A model generated the notes under the pieces. That model ran no database searches. It saw only the letters and a program-made list of their open reading frames with translations, and was not told the DNA's origin. The position numbers were made by a program, and so were the translations under genes. A stretch of 63,501 bases of DNA, filler included, from Neoconidiobolus thromboides FSU 785 (Eukaryota; Fungi; Entomophthoromycota), in assembly GCA_025603075.1 (NCBI GenBank). It is 7 parts of 7 records of this genome, joined end to end, with 100 filler letters (N's around TTAATTAATTAA, not from the genome) between each part and the next. Parts side by side here need not be neighbours in the genome. Positions count along the whole stretch, not along the records: positions 1 to 25,304 come from MU626515.1; 6 more parts are not named here. One strand, 5' to 3'. Numbering within the stretch: the first letter of the stretch is position 1; each line of letters opens with the position of its first letter. Positions 1-11,500 of the stretch are shown here, piece by piece.

Positions 1-390
1 TCTGTGCTGATAATATAAATCAATATAATCAATTTGTAACCTACCTAAGCTATTTAAACAACATTCACGTACATATTCTTTAGTACCACAAGGTGGCATA
101 AGTTTAGTTATTGGGTCTAATTTAAAACCGAATTTACTACACAAAAATACCTCATCTCTTCTCTCTTTTAATACTTTAGAAATCAATTTTTCATTTTCAC
201 CAAACCCATAAATATCAGAAGTATCAAAAAAATTACAACCAAGATCAATTGCTTGATTTAATACTTTCAGTTTCTCTTCTTCTGCAACCTTGGAGTTTTT
301 TCCAAAAGTCAGTCCAAAGCATCCTAATCCTATGTTGCTAACTAACGGGCCGTGACTTCCTAACTTCCTTTTAGTTTTTAACAAATTCAT
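1..390 (-). CDS. Aldo-keto reductase (AKR13/YakC-like), 5' part, truncated at window start
   Basis: Manual translation from ATG at 390: MNLLKTKRKLGSHGPLVSNIGLGCFGL...AIDLGCNFFDTSDIYGFGENEKLISKVLKERRDEVFLCSKFG...QIDYIDLYYQHR. Has the AKR DTSDxYG and SKFG motifs. Missed by the ORF track (no stop). Paralog of 24915-25304. Confidence 0.92.
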   Translation of the reverse strand, partial: MNLLKTKRKLGSHGPLVSNIGLGCFGLTFGKNSKVAEEEKLKVLNQAIDLGCNFFDTSDIYGFGENEKLISKVLKERRDEVFLCSKFGFKLDPITKLMPPCGTKEYVRECCLNSLGRLQIDYIDLYYQHR

Positions 391-1689
391 TAAATTTGTC
401 ATCTTTTTTGGTTAATAGTTATTTAATTTAATATAAATTAGTCTTGATCCAATGATTTCAATGCCTTTATATACCTGTGTTCTTTGTAGTTCCATCAAAA
501 GATATCTATTAATCGAGCGCCACTTTTTTGGGCTCTAATGACGTCATTTAAATAATAGTACAAAATTCGGGTCATTGCTTTTATAAGTCTATGATTCTAG
601 ATTTAAGGATAGGCAATTTAAGACTTAAAAACCAGTAAATATTAAACAATCACTTGATTAATTTAAAGAACGAAAAGGTCAAGAATCGAGGAATTTAGAT
701 GATTGCGAATATAAAAAGTTCCCATTTATACTTTAAGAAAAATTCAAGCATTAACTTCTTTATACGGTTGTTGCATGCATGAAATGCGAGTATGTAAAGG
801 GGTTCAATTCTACTAACTTTAAATGGATGTAGCTGTTAAGGTGGATAATACCTACAACATCATATAGTAAATGCAGCGTCAAAAGACTGTTTGTATGGCA
901 CAAAATTTTATTTTAGCATGGAAAGTCATTAAAGATTTAAAGTTGATATGAGCATGTATAATTTTATATACTTTTTTTATAAGAATCGAAAAACATATTG
1001 ATTATAATTGAAATTCAATTAAACTATTTCATTATGGATGGACCATGCCTATCAATGCTAAACTCATAACAAAAGTTTGATAAGTAAGGTTCTTTAGATA
1101 AAATTGATACATAAATTTAGCTCCAAAATTGTCATGTTTTTGCTTCTCCACTTTGTGACTTTTAAAAAAACTTCTCCCCTTCCACACTATCTTAATCCTT
1201 TATTTATCTTTTATACTAGTATTCCTTCCTATCAAATAGTTCATTTCTATTAAAAACGATTTTTTCTAAAACTACAGGCTAGATACAAGATTAAGATTCT
1301 TAACTATTTTTGAAACGGTCATAACTACATTAAGGAATAAAAATAAAACATAAAACATAAAACAGTGCAAATACTAAAGCTTAGCTTTAAAACACTCCTG
1401 TATTTATTGTCAAAAATATAATAAACTATAGAAATGATTAACAATCTGATAACAATATATAGCAGGATTTTTCAAAAGCCTGTTTTTAAATTCTGATTTA
1501 CAGTCAAAAGCAACCTCAAATGGTTTATAATTTAACATTTTTAAATAACCTACTAAATGAGCATTTGATACAATATATAAATTTTATAAAATTTTGTCCT
1601 ATTGGTATTATATTAATAAGTACTCTAAGTACATATACATGTAAATTTATTCTCAATTTTTGAGAAGTAAAAAAAAGATTATAAAAAAT

Positions 1690-1910
1690 TTGAAGATGTC
1701 CAAACTGATTTCATTTTTTTGGCTAATTTTTAAATACAAGATATGGGGGTGTATTTTTTTGTTTAAGAATTTTACTACAATCTTTCCGCTCAAATAGCGC
1801 TTAAAAAATGGAAAAATAATGAAACAAAAAAAAATAGCCCCATATTTTGAAAATTTTGTTAAAATTCTAAAAATAAATTATTTGTCAAAAGGCAAGAATA
1901 CCCAACACAG
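1690..1910 (+). repeat. Repeat family B (longer relative of the MITE), interrupted by a MITE at 1741-1845
   Basis: With the MITE removed, 1690-1740 plus 1846-1910 aligns loosely to 50923-51045 (gtccaaactgatttcatt...ttaaaattcta...tacccaacaca). Confidence 0.55.
1741..1845 (+). mobile_element. MITE family A copy
   Basis: ATAT-GGGGGTGTATTTT...CTCAAATAGCGCTTAAAAAATGGAAAA...AAAATAGCCCC-ATAT, full length with terminal inverted repeats. Confidence 0.85.
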
Positions 1911-2222
1911 CTTTAAATTGAGTGTAATTTGTATCGTAAGTTAGTAGAATTTTTACTAAATTTAGTAAAATTCCCGGGTTAGCAGGGCTTTTATTAATAT
2001 AACCTGTATATTGATATTAGCCAAAGTTATAGTATGTAAATAAGTATACATTCTTATAAAACCTTACTAAAAAATATTTACTATTAACTGCTCTATAATT
2101 AACACTGCAGATTTACTATCAAATAAACAAATAACTCTGATATTATAACTATATTATTGATATATTACCAAGCTAACAAATAACCACATAAGAGGAGGTG
2201 GTTAGGTTTAAAACTATAATTA

Positions 2223-2633
2223 TATGAAATATCGCATTATCAGCTCCATGATCGATTATAGCATAATAGATCGCTTAAGTTGTATCATCAAGTTTGAAGG
2301 CAATCAATCCCATGCTTTTATTTTGATTTGCTATGAGAATCTATAACTTCATTCCAAAGAATATTATCTTCTCGTTTTGGTATTTGTACTTGTCGGAGTA
2401 TAAAAGAGACTTTAGAACATAATAACTCGAAGCTTTTTAACTGAATTATTCCCTGCCATCTCCAACATTTAACAAAGCCACTAAGCTTCCTTAGTAGCAT
2501 TTTATGTAGATTTTACAGTAATATTATCTGTTCTATTTCTCTTAGTCTGTAGTGAGAAATCTGGCACTTAATAGTTGAAGTCAACCAAGCAAAAACTGCT
2601 TTTGACTCTAACCACTGAGTATCAGATTTCGCA
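2223..2633 (+). mobile_element. Solo-LTR-like unit 1
   Basis: Termini TATGAAAT...ATTTCGCA, TATAAAAG at 2399, near-identical inverted copy at 3482-3942 and a diverged copy at 40652-41115. Confidence 0.65.
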
Positions 2634-2950
2634 CTATGTTTCTTTCATACTTTTTAAAAATTACATTTGTTTTCTTATTATTGGCAGTTAAATTATTAAT
2701 TTTGTTGTGTTTATAAATAAAAACCTTAAATTTTGAAATTAATTAATTAATATTTTCTGTTTTAATTAATGCTTTAAAACTATTTTTCTATTATAAAAAA
2801 ATTTAAGGTTTAAAATAGTTTTTATATCTCTTTATGTATTAACTTTTATAAACTTTTTAAATAAAAGCTTTTTGAGTATTAAGTTAACTAAACAGTTTTT
2901 TACATGTGCTGAACTATGATTTAATATTTTAAATAATCAAAATAAATTTT

Positions 2951-3010
2951 AGAAATTTAAGAACTTTTCTACTCAAATAATGCTTAAAAAAAGTGAAATT
3001 AAAAAAATAT
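2951..3010 (+). mobile_element. MITE family A partial, degenerate copy
   Basis: ttaagaactttttctactcaaataatgcttaaaaaaagtgaaattaaaaaaat matches the core with deletions. Confidence 0.5.
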
Positions 3011-3206
3011 TTTTGTATACCAAAATCATAATTAGTAATAATAGTATTTATTAATTTTTGTTTTTTGTTTCTTTTGAAGCATTAGTTTTATATATTGCTC
3101 AATTAAGCTTATTGTTATTAATAATAAGCTATAAAAAAATTGTTTTATTATAAAATTCCATAAACTTTAGACTATTATAAATAATTGTTAAAATTAGTAT
3201 AAATAA

Positions 3207-3305
3207 ATGGGGACGCATTTTTATGTTTAAGAATTTTGCCAACAACCTTTTCACTCAAGTAGCGCTTAAAAGATGTAAAAAGTAATGAAGCCAAAAAAAC
3301 GCCTC
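3207..3305 (+). mobile_element. MITE family A copy (between the inverted LTR-like units)
   Basis: ggggacgcatttttatgtttaagaattttgcc...ctcaagtagcgcttaaaagatgtaaaaagtaatgaagccaaaaaaacgcctc. Confidence 0.8.
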
Positions 3306-3481
3306 TGAACTATGATATTTATATTAAATGTCTTTTTATTATATTAAAGTTTAGTTGTAAAATTGTATTTTGTTTTTATTTTAATAAAGTTGTTTTAAAC
3401 ATTTAATAATAGTATGAAATATATAATTAAAATAAAACAATTAAAATAAGTCTCTTGAGTTAAACTCCTTTTATTTAGTTT

Positions 3482-3942
3482 TATGAAATCTGATACTCAG
3501 TGGTTAGAGTCAAAAGCAGTTTTTGCTTGTTTGGGTAGCTGTAAGTCTGAAAGTCTTAGTTTATGTGACCAAGATAGACTTGAGTTATAAAGAATAGCAC
3601 GTAATATGCTACGGACTATGTAAGACAAATAGAACAGATAATATTACTGTAAAATCTACATAAAATGCTACTAAGGAAGCTTAGTGGCTTTGTTAAATGT
3701 TGGAGATGGCAGGGAATAATTCAGTTAAAAAGCTTCGAGTTATTATGTTCTAAAGTCTCTTTTATACTCCGACAAGTACAAATACCAAAACGAGAAGATA
3801 ATATTCTTTGGAATGAAGTTATAGATTCTCATAGCAAATCAAAATAAAAGCATGGGATTGATTGCCTTCAAACTTGATGATACAACTTAAGCGATCTATT
3901 ATGCTATAATCGATCATGGAGCTGACAATGCGATATTTCGCA
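3482..3942 (-). mobile_element. Solo-LTR-like unit 2, with 4-bp TSD GTTT
   Basis: In its own orientation TGCGAAAT...ATTTCATA. GTTT lies on both sides (3478-3481 and 3943-3946). About 315 bp match unit 1 with one mismatch seen. Confidence 0.7.
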
Positions 3943-4389
3943 GTTTTAAGCTTTTTGAGTTTAATTATGCAGCAAGGACTTATAATTTTAAAAACAATTT
4001 GGATTAGTTTAAATTCTAGAACCAATTTAGACATCCCCATTTATCGGTCCATCTCATCTACCAGATTTGGGCTTTATCTATTTTTTCTAGTATCAATACT
4101 GCTTCCTTAATCATATACTTTTATGTTGATATTTTTTTGTTAACTCTTGCACTTCATTGCTTTAAACTATTTACAGGTCTCACATCAACCTGGGATTTAG
4201 ACTTAATTCATATTGTTATTAGTTATCTTGCTTTTCATTGAGAGAGATAAGCGAATCAATAAAAATTCTTTTGTGCCCTTATCTGGTTTTAGAATAGAAG
4301 AATTGCATATAATATCTTTAACAAATGGCCTATCTCGCCTCCTGTCAAATTTCAGTCTGATTTAGTTTAACTAATAAATCGCTTGAGGG

Positions 4390-4490
4390 TAAGGTGTTTT
4401 TTTGATTTCATCACTTTTTCCATTTCTCAAGCGCTGTTTGAGTAAAATAATTATTAGTAAAATTCTCAACCAAAAAATACACCTCCATTT
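4390..4490 (-). mobile_element. MITE family A copy, about 240 bp past the GH47 stop
   Basis: ggtgttttttgatttcatcactttttcc...aagcgctgtttgag...agtaaaattctc...aaaaatacacctcc. Confidence 0.75.
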
Positions 4491-4728
4491 ACTAGTTCCA
4501 TTTAAGAATTAAAAACAATTAGCAACAAAGTTTAATCTTTAAAACAGCTAATAAACATATAAAATACTTAATTTCTTTATTATGTTTTTTTTCTTGAATA
4601 TCAATATTAGCTTATAAAAGTTATCTTTAAGTAAAAAATAGCTATTAATTATTAAATAGTAATGAAAAAACGAAAATTAGGAAATATTAAAAATTAATTT
4701 TCATTAAAAAATCAAACCAATACTTCGT

Positions 4729-6153
4729 TTAAGCATTTGAAATTTTAAATGGATGAGCTTCAGTATTAAAAACCCATTTTGAGAAATCAAAAGTATTTTT
4801 GGGAGCATGGATAAGATACATATATTTCATAGCTTCAGCATAAAAGAAGGAGCCCATAACATCATGTTGTTGTTGTTGTTTGTCTTTTGAATTGACATCC
4901 ATATATTCAGCAAAGCCATAATTGGTTTTAGAATAGGTCTGAAAGGCTTTAAATAAAGCATATGATCTATCTTGATATTTTTTATCCTCAGTGTTACGAT
5001 ATCCATAAAACAAAGATTCTACCAATTCAGGTCGTAAATAATTTTGACGGGATGCTACTTGAATCTCACTTGTATTAGAAAAGCGGGTATTTTCCGGTGC
5101 TAATCCGGTGACTGTTAATTGTGGAATAGCGCTATAAGTTTCCAATAAATCTAAAGCAATAGGTTTCAATCCTTTTGATGGAAGATGTTCATTACCCAAA
5201 AGCAACATAGCTGGAATGAAAAATTCTAAATGATGCATCTCATTGATTAACCTTCCAGAGCTATCTGTATGTCCTAAACATAAACGATTTTTATAACATT
5301 TAGTCAACAATTTTTGCTTCATTACAGTCATACTATCGTCAAACATAGTCAGGTATTTATTTCTAGTAGTATCTTTAGGTCCAAGCATGATATACAATTT
5401 AATAAGATATTCAAAGAAAGAATCGGCACCAGCTCCCAAACTAAATGAAGTAGAAGCATATTTTCCTGTTTGAATATTAACCTCATTATAGTATAATCCT
5501 TTACCAGCCTTATTTTTATCTAGCGTATCAAAAACTTTTAAAGCAGCTTGACGATATTTATTATCGCCAGTTAATAGACTAAGCCTAGTAAACTCTAATT
5601 GACAGGTACCAACATTAGCTAAAGAGCCATAAGGGTCTTTAACTGGTTTACCAGTTTCAAAATCAAAAGTGACATAAGGGTAACCTGAAGGAGAATTAAA
5701 AGCGGGTAACATAGAATCCGCTAGCTCTTTAGCTTTATCTAAAAATACTTTCTCGCCTGATAAATCATGAGCTGATATCAAACCAGCAAGATAGCGAATG
5801 GTTATTTCAAAAAAGGAGTTTCGTTGTGGAGAATATTTATAATTGGTACGACTTACAAATTCTTTAGCTTCATTAAATTCGGTTTTGAGATCCATGATCC
5901 ATAATGTAGATAAAGAATCTACTAACGTTACTCCCCATCCATTCCAGGTGTTGTTAACTGCTTCTCCTGAGATTGGTCGAATCTCATCCGCTCCGAATGC
6001 TTTTTCTTTGTATTTGGCCCATGAATTTTGAAATTCGGTTCGGATCTCACTAGCTCGGATAGCAGATTCATCAGCAAAGTTATTCTCTTTTGGTAAAGCT
6101 AAAGAGGATTGAGTGAGCAATGAAAAGATGGTAAAAGCAAGTTGGAATTTCAT
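4729..6153 (-). CDS. Secreted class I alpha-1,2-mannosidase (GH47), intronless, 474 aa
   Basis: Signal peptide MKFQLAFTIFSLLTQSSLA. GH47 motifs FFEITIRYLAGLISA, GAGADSFFEYL, TGLAPE, LRPELVES, AEAMKYMYL, FNTEAHP. Confidence 0.95.
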   Translation of the reverse strand: MKFQLAFTIFSLLTQSSLALPKENNFADESAIRASEIRTEFQNSWAKYKEKAFGADEIRPISGEAVNNTWNGWGVTLVDSLSTLWIMDLKTEFNEAKEFVSRTNYKYSPQRNSFFEITIRYLAGLISAHDLSGEKVFLDKAKELADSMLPAFNSPSGYPYVTFDFETGKPVKDPYGSLANVGTCQLEFTRLSLLTGDNKYRQAALKVFDTLDKNKAGKGLYYNEVNIQTGKYASTSFSLGAGADSFFEYLIKLYIMLGPKDTTRNKYLTMFDDSMTVMKQKLLTKCYKNRLCLGHTDSSGRLINEMHHLEFFIPAMLLLGNEHLPSKGLKPIALDLLETYSAIPQLTVTGLAPENTRFSNTSEIQVASRQNYLRPELVESLFYGYRNTEDKKYQDRSYALFKAFQTYSKTNYGFAEYMDVNSKDKQQQQHDVMGSFFYAEAMKYMYLIHAPKNTFDFSKWVFNTEAHPFKISNA

Positions 6154-7230
6154 TTTTAAAAAAGAAGTAATAAAAGTTGGAATGGATTGTTGCTGCTTCT
6201 TAAATGGTTTGAATTTGAGTAAGAGGTAGAATTAAATCATCAATATCACCTCACATATTTAGTTAAATAACTATGTTCATAATTGATAGAATCATACTAC
6301 TCACATGTTAAAAATAGAATTTATTAAATAGGTTCTTGATTGATTCGATTAAATTCATTAGATATTTTACTTAAATTGTCAATAATCTTAGTATGATTTA
6401 TAATGCTTCAGATACAAGGCCTCTCTGATTTTTATTCTATTCATTAGAATGAAAGAATTTAAAATTTATGCCAAGGTAAATGTTTATTATTTATTATATT
6501 CTTTTATCTCTTCTCTACTATTTATTAGCTATATATATTTATTATAAATGTTGATATAGCCTAATTATCTGTTTCTGTTCATTTTGTTTTTTGAGCGTGT
6601 TTTATTACTAATGTGATTCAAAAAGGGTTAATAAATGAATGTTATAAATTAAGCAGAGAGAAAAACAATTGATTAAAAATAGTAAAAAGGAAAACATCAA
6701 AATTAATTAAACTTAATCTATTAATAACATTAACAGGGTGAAATTTTATTCTTTTAATCATTTTATGCTATTGTCATGGAAAACATATAACTATTATATA
6801 AAGATATATGAAAACGATAACTTACTTCTATTAAAGAAGCATACAATAATGATTTGACTACAAATAATGTTTTATTAGAGTTGATGACAAGAATATCTCA
6901 TACTAACATTCTGTATTATGGTATTAAAGCAGATAATATCACAATAAAACAGTTCAGAGACTTTATAAACAAGTTCGATTATTCAGTGCTTTATCATGTT
7001 AATTTTACTATAGCCATTTTCACAATTAGTATATTTCCCAAATTAGAAGCATCAATAGTAACGAAAACATATCAATACAGAGATAGCAGCATTAACATGA
7101 CTGTACACAAAACCTGTTCGAGGGTGTGATGACGACAAAAATAAACTTCTTATACATATCGATAGCATATATTTTAGTAATACGAGTTTAATAAAGCATT
7201 ATATAGAAGAAGACATTCCTATAATATATG

Positions 7231-7334
7231 ATATGGGGATGTTTTTTTTGGTTTCATTACTTTTTCCATTTTTTAGGCCCTATTTGAGCGAAAGAGTTAG
7301 TAAAATTCCTAAACACAAAAATGTATCCCTATAT
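7231..7334 (-). mobile_element. MITE family A copy
   Basis: ATAT-GGGGATGTTTTTTTTGGTTTCATTAC...AAAAATGTATCCCT-ATAT. Confidence 0.85.
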
Positions 7335-8544
7335 GAAAAACTTTACATTTCACAACACTATTGTCTGGAAACTGTAAAATAAAGCTGTGGTCACTTTCTC
7401 TTTCTCATAAAGAGGTTTGATTTACTGAATAACAGTTACAAACATACTTTATGCTAGTATTATTTATCTCCAAATAAACAATATTTATGAATTGTAATAT
7501 AACACTATCAAGAGGACTGCTTGATAGCTTAACTTCATTTATTTATTCATTAATATTAATCCAAAAACGTATTTGATAATTTTCTTATCAGTAGCTGAAT
7601 ATTAAGATAACACTAAGTTAGCAAATTAATAAAATCAATCTCAATTAACCAAAATGATAAAATAAATATATAGGTAAAAAAATAAAGCTAACATTGAATA
7701 GACACTTTATAAAAGCTTCTATTATATTTCTATATTTTTATTTAAGGGATGTCAATACGCTATCCCCGATAAACTAATTACCATGATAATAGCCAATCAC
7801 TTAAAAGCATACGAAGGTGTACTTTTATTGGCGCAATGATCCGCTGTTACTTTAGTGCCAGCATATTATCAGTGATGATATAAGCAAGTTTCTTTTAAAT
7901 GACAGTTGTTTTTATTAAATGATTATTTCAAAAATCAAAACCGATTAAGCAGAAGATAGTATCAACATCAAGGTGTTATCAAAAATGAAAAATGTATGCT
8001 ATTTTCTAACATTTTTCTCAAAACGGTAAAAAATAATATCATAACTACTTTCCTCATTTATTTGTTTATGTATTAGTCCTCTATTAATCTAATGCCTCCC
8101 TATTTTTATATCATTTTATTCAGTTTACTTAATTCTTGAATATTATATATACCTAAAAATAATCCCTATTTTGAAATATGTAAACATTAAACCCACAAGC
8201 CCGAATTCATACTTTTTTTTCGAAGTGCTCCCAATTTCTCTATTTTCATTCTCAAAAATTTCAAAAATTCAAATTTCGAGTTTTACTATTTTTAAATCTA
8301 AGCACAAGTTGAATGTGCAAAAAGTTAGACCAAACCCAAATATTGCAAATTGTCAACCAATAGCCCTCTGATTTTGTAAAACGTTTTTTAACAAAGTTTT
8401 TTTAAAGTCTCAAAAAATCAAAAAACTCAAAAAAATAAAACTCAAATTTTATCTTAACTTATAAATTATAAAAAAGCATATAGTATTTAAGCTACCATCA
8501 TTCTATATTGTGATTATCAGTATTTTATAATAAAAAAATAAATC

Positions 8545-11500
8545 ATGGTCAACCAATTTAACTATGAATTATATGCTACCCGGCTTTTGGATAGTAATTT
8601 AGGTAACTAATTACTATTTAAATTTATTTATAAATCTGATCATTTTAAATCTTAGCAATAACGTTAAAAGCCAAAGTAGCGGTTGAACTTCGAGATTCAG
8701 CAGAGTTTTATCAAAATGACAATTTAGCTTATCTCAATCGATTGGTACCTGTACTATTAGCTATATTAAATGATGAGCTACCTTCATTTTCGCCAAAGGC
8801 ATTTGAACAGGTAAATGATTAGATAAATCCTCACTCACAACCACTAATTTTTTTTAAACAGAAACTCCGCAGTACGATATTAGAAATCTTTAATCGATTA
8901 CCATTCAATGAACATTTAAAAAATTTTGTTGGGGATATAGCTAAGACATTATTGAGAGTATTTGAAGTTGATAACGAAGATAATGCCATTGCTAGTTTAA
9001 AGATAATTGTGGAAATGTTTCGTGTTTATCGTCCAGAACTTCAAGAATATATGATTGGATTATTTGAAACTATTCGTGATTTATTAGCTAATATGGAACA
9101 AAATGTAATAAAAATGTTTGACAATAATAACTCAACAACGCCAGCTAATAATACGGTGAGTTTTTTTGTGTTAATAATATTGAACAATAAATGTTAATTT
9201 TAATATCCAATAGCCCAACCCAGCTCTTGACAATACACCAAAACCGTTTTCCCCTAATTCGGATGTAACAGATAATGGACAAAAATTATTAGTACGAGGC
9301 ATGTTTAGTTTTAAAGTTTTAATAGAATGTCCGTCGATTTTAAAACCACTCAATCTCTCCTATAGAGATATTATTGTGCCTTATTTAGATATTATTTATC
9401 CACCAGCAATGGCCTTTTTAAAATTGCAAGCGGCACCACAAGCAGAAGCCCATGCTCAAGCTAAATTAAATGGGGAAGTATTCGTCGGTATTAGTCCATT
9501 GATCAAAAATAAAGCATTGTTTTCAGATTTAACAGTGGCACAGATTAAAGTAATAATATATATTATAATAATCTGATTATTAAATTACTAATTTTTAGAT
9601 TGTATCTTATTTATCAGTTTTACATCGTGGTAATATCTATAGTATATCTCCTTATCTTGGTGATGTAGTGGATATATTAGTTCGCTTATTATGTGATTGT
9701 CCACCGGACTATGCTTCACTTCGAAAAGTAAGGATTTGATTTTAAACTTCAATTACTGTTTTGTTTATTTATTCCTAGGATTTATTCTTTGATATTACTT
9801 ATGTATTAAACTTAGAAGCACGTCCTTACTTCGTTAAGAATTTGGATGTATTATTATGTGAAAAAATAATGGGATGGAATGGCATAACAACACGAGAAAC
9901 AATCAAATATTTTTCATATAGTGTAATAGCCGAAGTGATTCATTATTTTCGAAAAGATTTAACTCAACCACAGATTACTAAAATAACACATATATTCATT
10001 CGAGGTTTTTTAGAGAATCACTTAAGTTATACAATGCAAATGGTATGTGCCAAATTATTAATTAATATTATAGATTCTATTGTACAAAATCAAAATGAAG
10101 TTGAAGCAAGATTATTGGTAATGCATATATTAAATGCCTTTGCTAATAAAGTAGATAGCATTAATATTGCATTCCCATCTATAAAAAAACAATATTTAGA
10201 TTATCAAGAAGCTGAAAATCCATCGCCATTTCCATCCATTACTAATTTAACTGAAGACAATATTGATCAATTTGACTTTGAAAAAATAAGACCTTTAGGT
10301 TCTTTAATCAAATCATCGCAAAATGCAGTAGAACTGTTAAAAGAAGCTAGATCTATATTTAAACATATGTTTACAGGTTTAGAGACTATTATGAGGGGTT
10401 TGATAAGAACTAATCCAGTGATATTAACTACAAATACCGATTTTGTAAAAGAGTTTGCATTGGGATTTTCTATTGATGATACTAAATTATTTTCTAAATT
10501 ATTTAGAGATACAATTAAATGTTTATATATTTATCATTTTGATGTTAAAAAAGAAGAAAAAGATAAATCGATAATAAATAGAAATGGAAGCTCATTATTA
10601 CATCCACCAGATTCTGTAGATGCTAAAGAAGTTATAAAAACGATCGTATTTTTTTTTCACCATTTAGACTTAGCTGTTGTTCATGAAGTATTTTCTTCTA
10701 ATATGGACTATTTTTTTGAAAGGTTATTAGAAAACCCATTATTAGCTCATCTACCTAAATCATTGTTAATGAGTGATCGATTATCTCATCATTTTGCTGG
10801 TATATTAATTAATTTTTTAATGGATAAATTAGATCAATTAGGTCATGCTGATGCTAATCAAACTAATTGTATGTTGTATTTGTTTACTTTAGTCTTTCGT
10901 TCTATATCTCATTATCCAGTAGCCAATGAACAAATATTAATTAATTGTGTAACTAAAATTATAAGAAAATGTTTTGAATACTCCACTCAATTAGATAGTT
11001 GTGCCAATTATTATTTATTATTGGATTCTTTTTTTAATTATACAGCTACACTACATTTGAACAAAGTATTAAGTGCTGTATTGGCTTTATTACCTCAAAT
11101 TGTTTCTGATTTAACTTTAGCTTTAGCTTCTACTACTAATTTAGATTTAAGAGAATTATTAATCGAATTATTATTAACAATTAATGCCACTGTTGCCCCA
11201 TACATTAACTTTTTAAGACAATTTATGAAACCATTATGTATGGCTTTGACATTTAATGAGCGATTAATTGTAAAGGGATTAAAGACCTTAGATATATGTA
11301 TTGAAAATGTACAACCAGAGGCATTAGAAGCTGTAATAGCACCTGTAGCTGATGAACTATCTTATTGTTTATGGCGACATATAAGGCCCTTACCATATAA
11401 TCAAGATATCTCCATGTCAGCTATTCGAGTTTTAGGTAAATTAGGAGGCCTAAATAAGCTATTTATGCAGCATTCACCTATTATTTCATATGATGAAAGT

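Noticed and set aside
795-815. GGTTCAATTC resembling a tRNA T-loop
   Set aside because: No matching acceptor, D or anticodon stems.
1947-1973. Near-perfect 27-bp palindrome gaatttttactaaatttagtaaaattc
   Set aside because: Two inverted copies of the MITE internal motif within degenerate repeat sequence, with no independent evidence of function.
2318-3847. Two identical 60-aa ORFs (MLLRKLSG...) on opposite strands
   Set aside because: They come from the inverted LTR-like pair. In the third copy (40652-41115) the ATG is ATA and an internal CGA is TGA, so the frame is not conserved.
2223-3942. Whole 1.7-kb block as one Mutator-like element with long TIRs
   Set aside because: No 9-bp TSD (ctataatta versus gttttaagc). 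Each arm has its own termini, unit 2 has its own TSD, and a lone copy exists at 40652.
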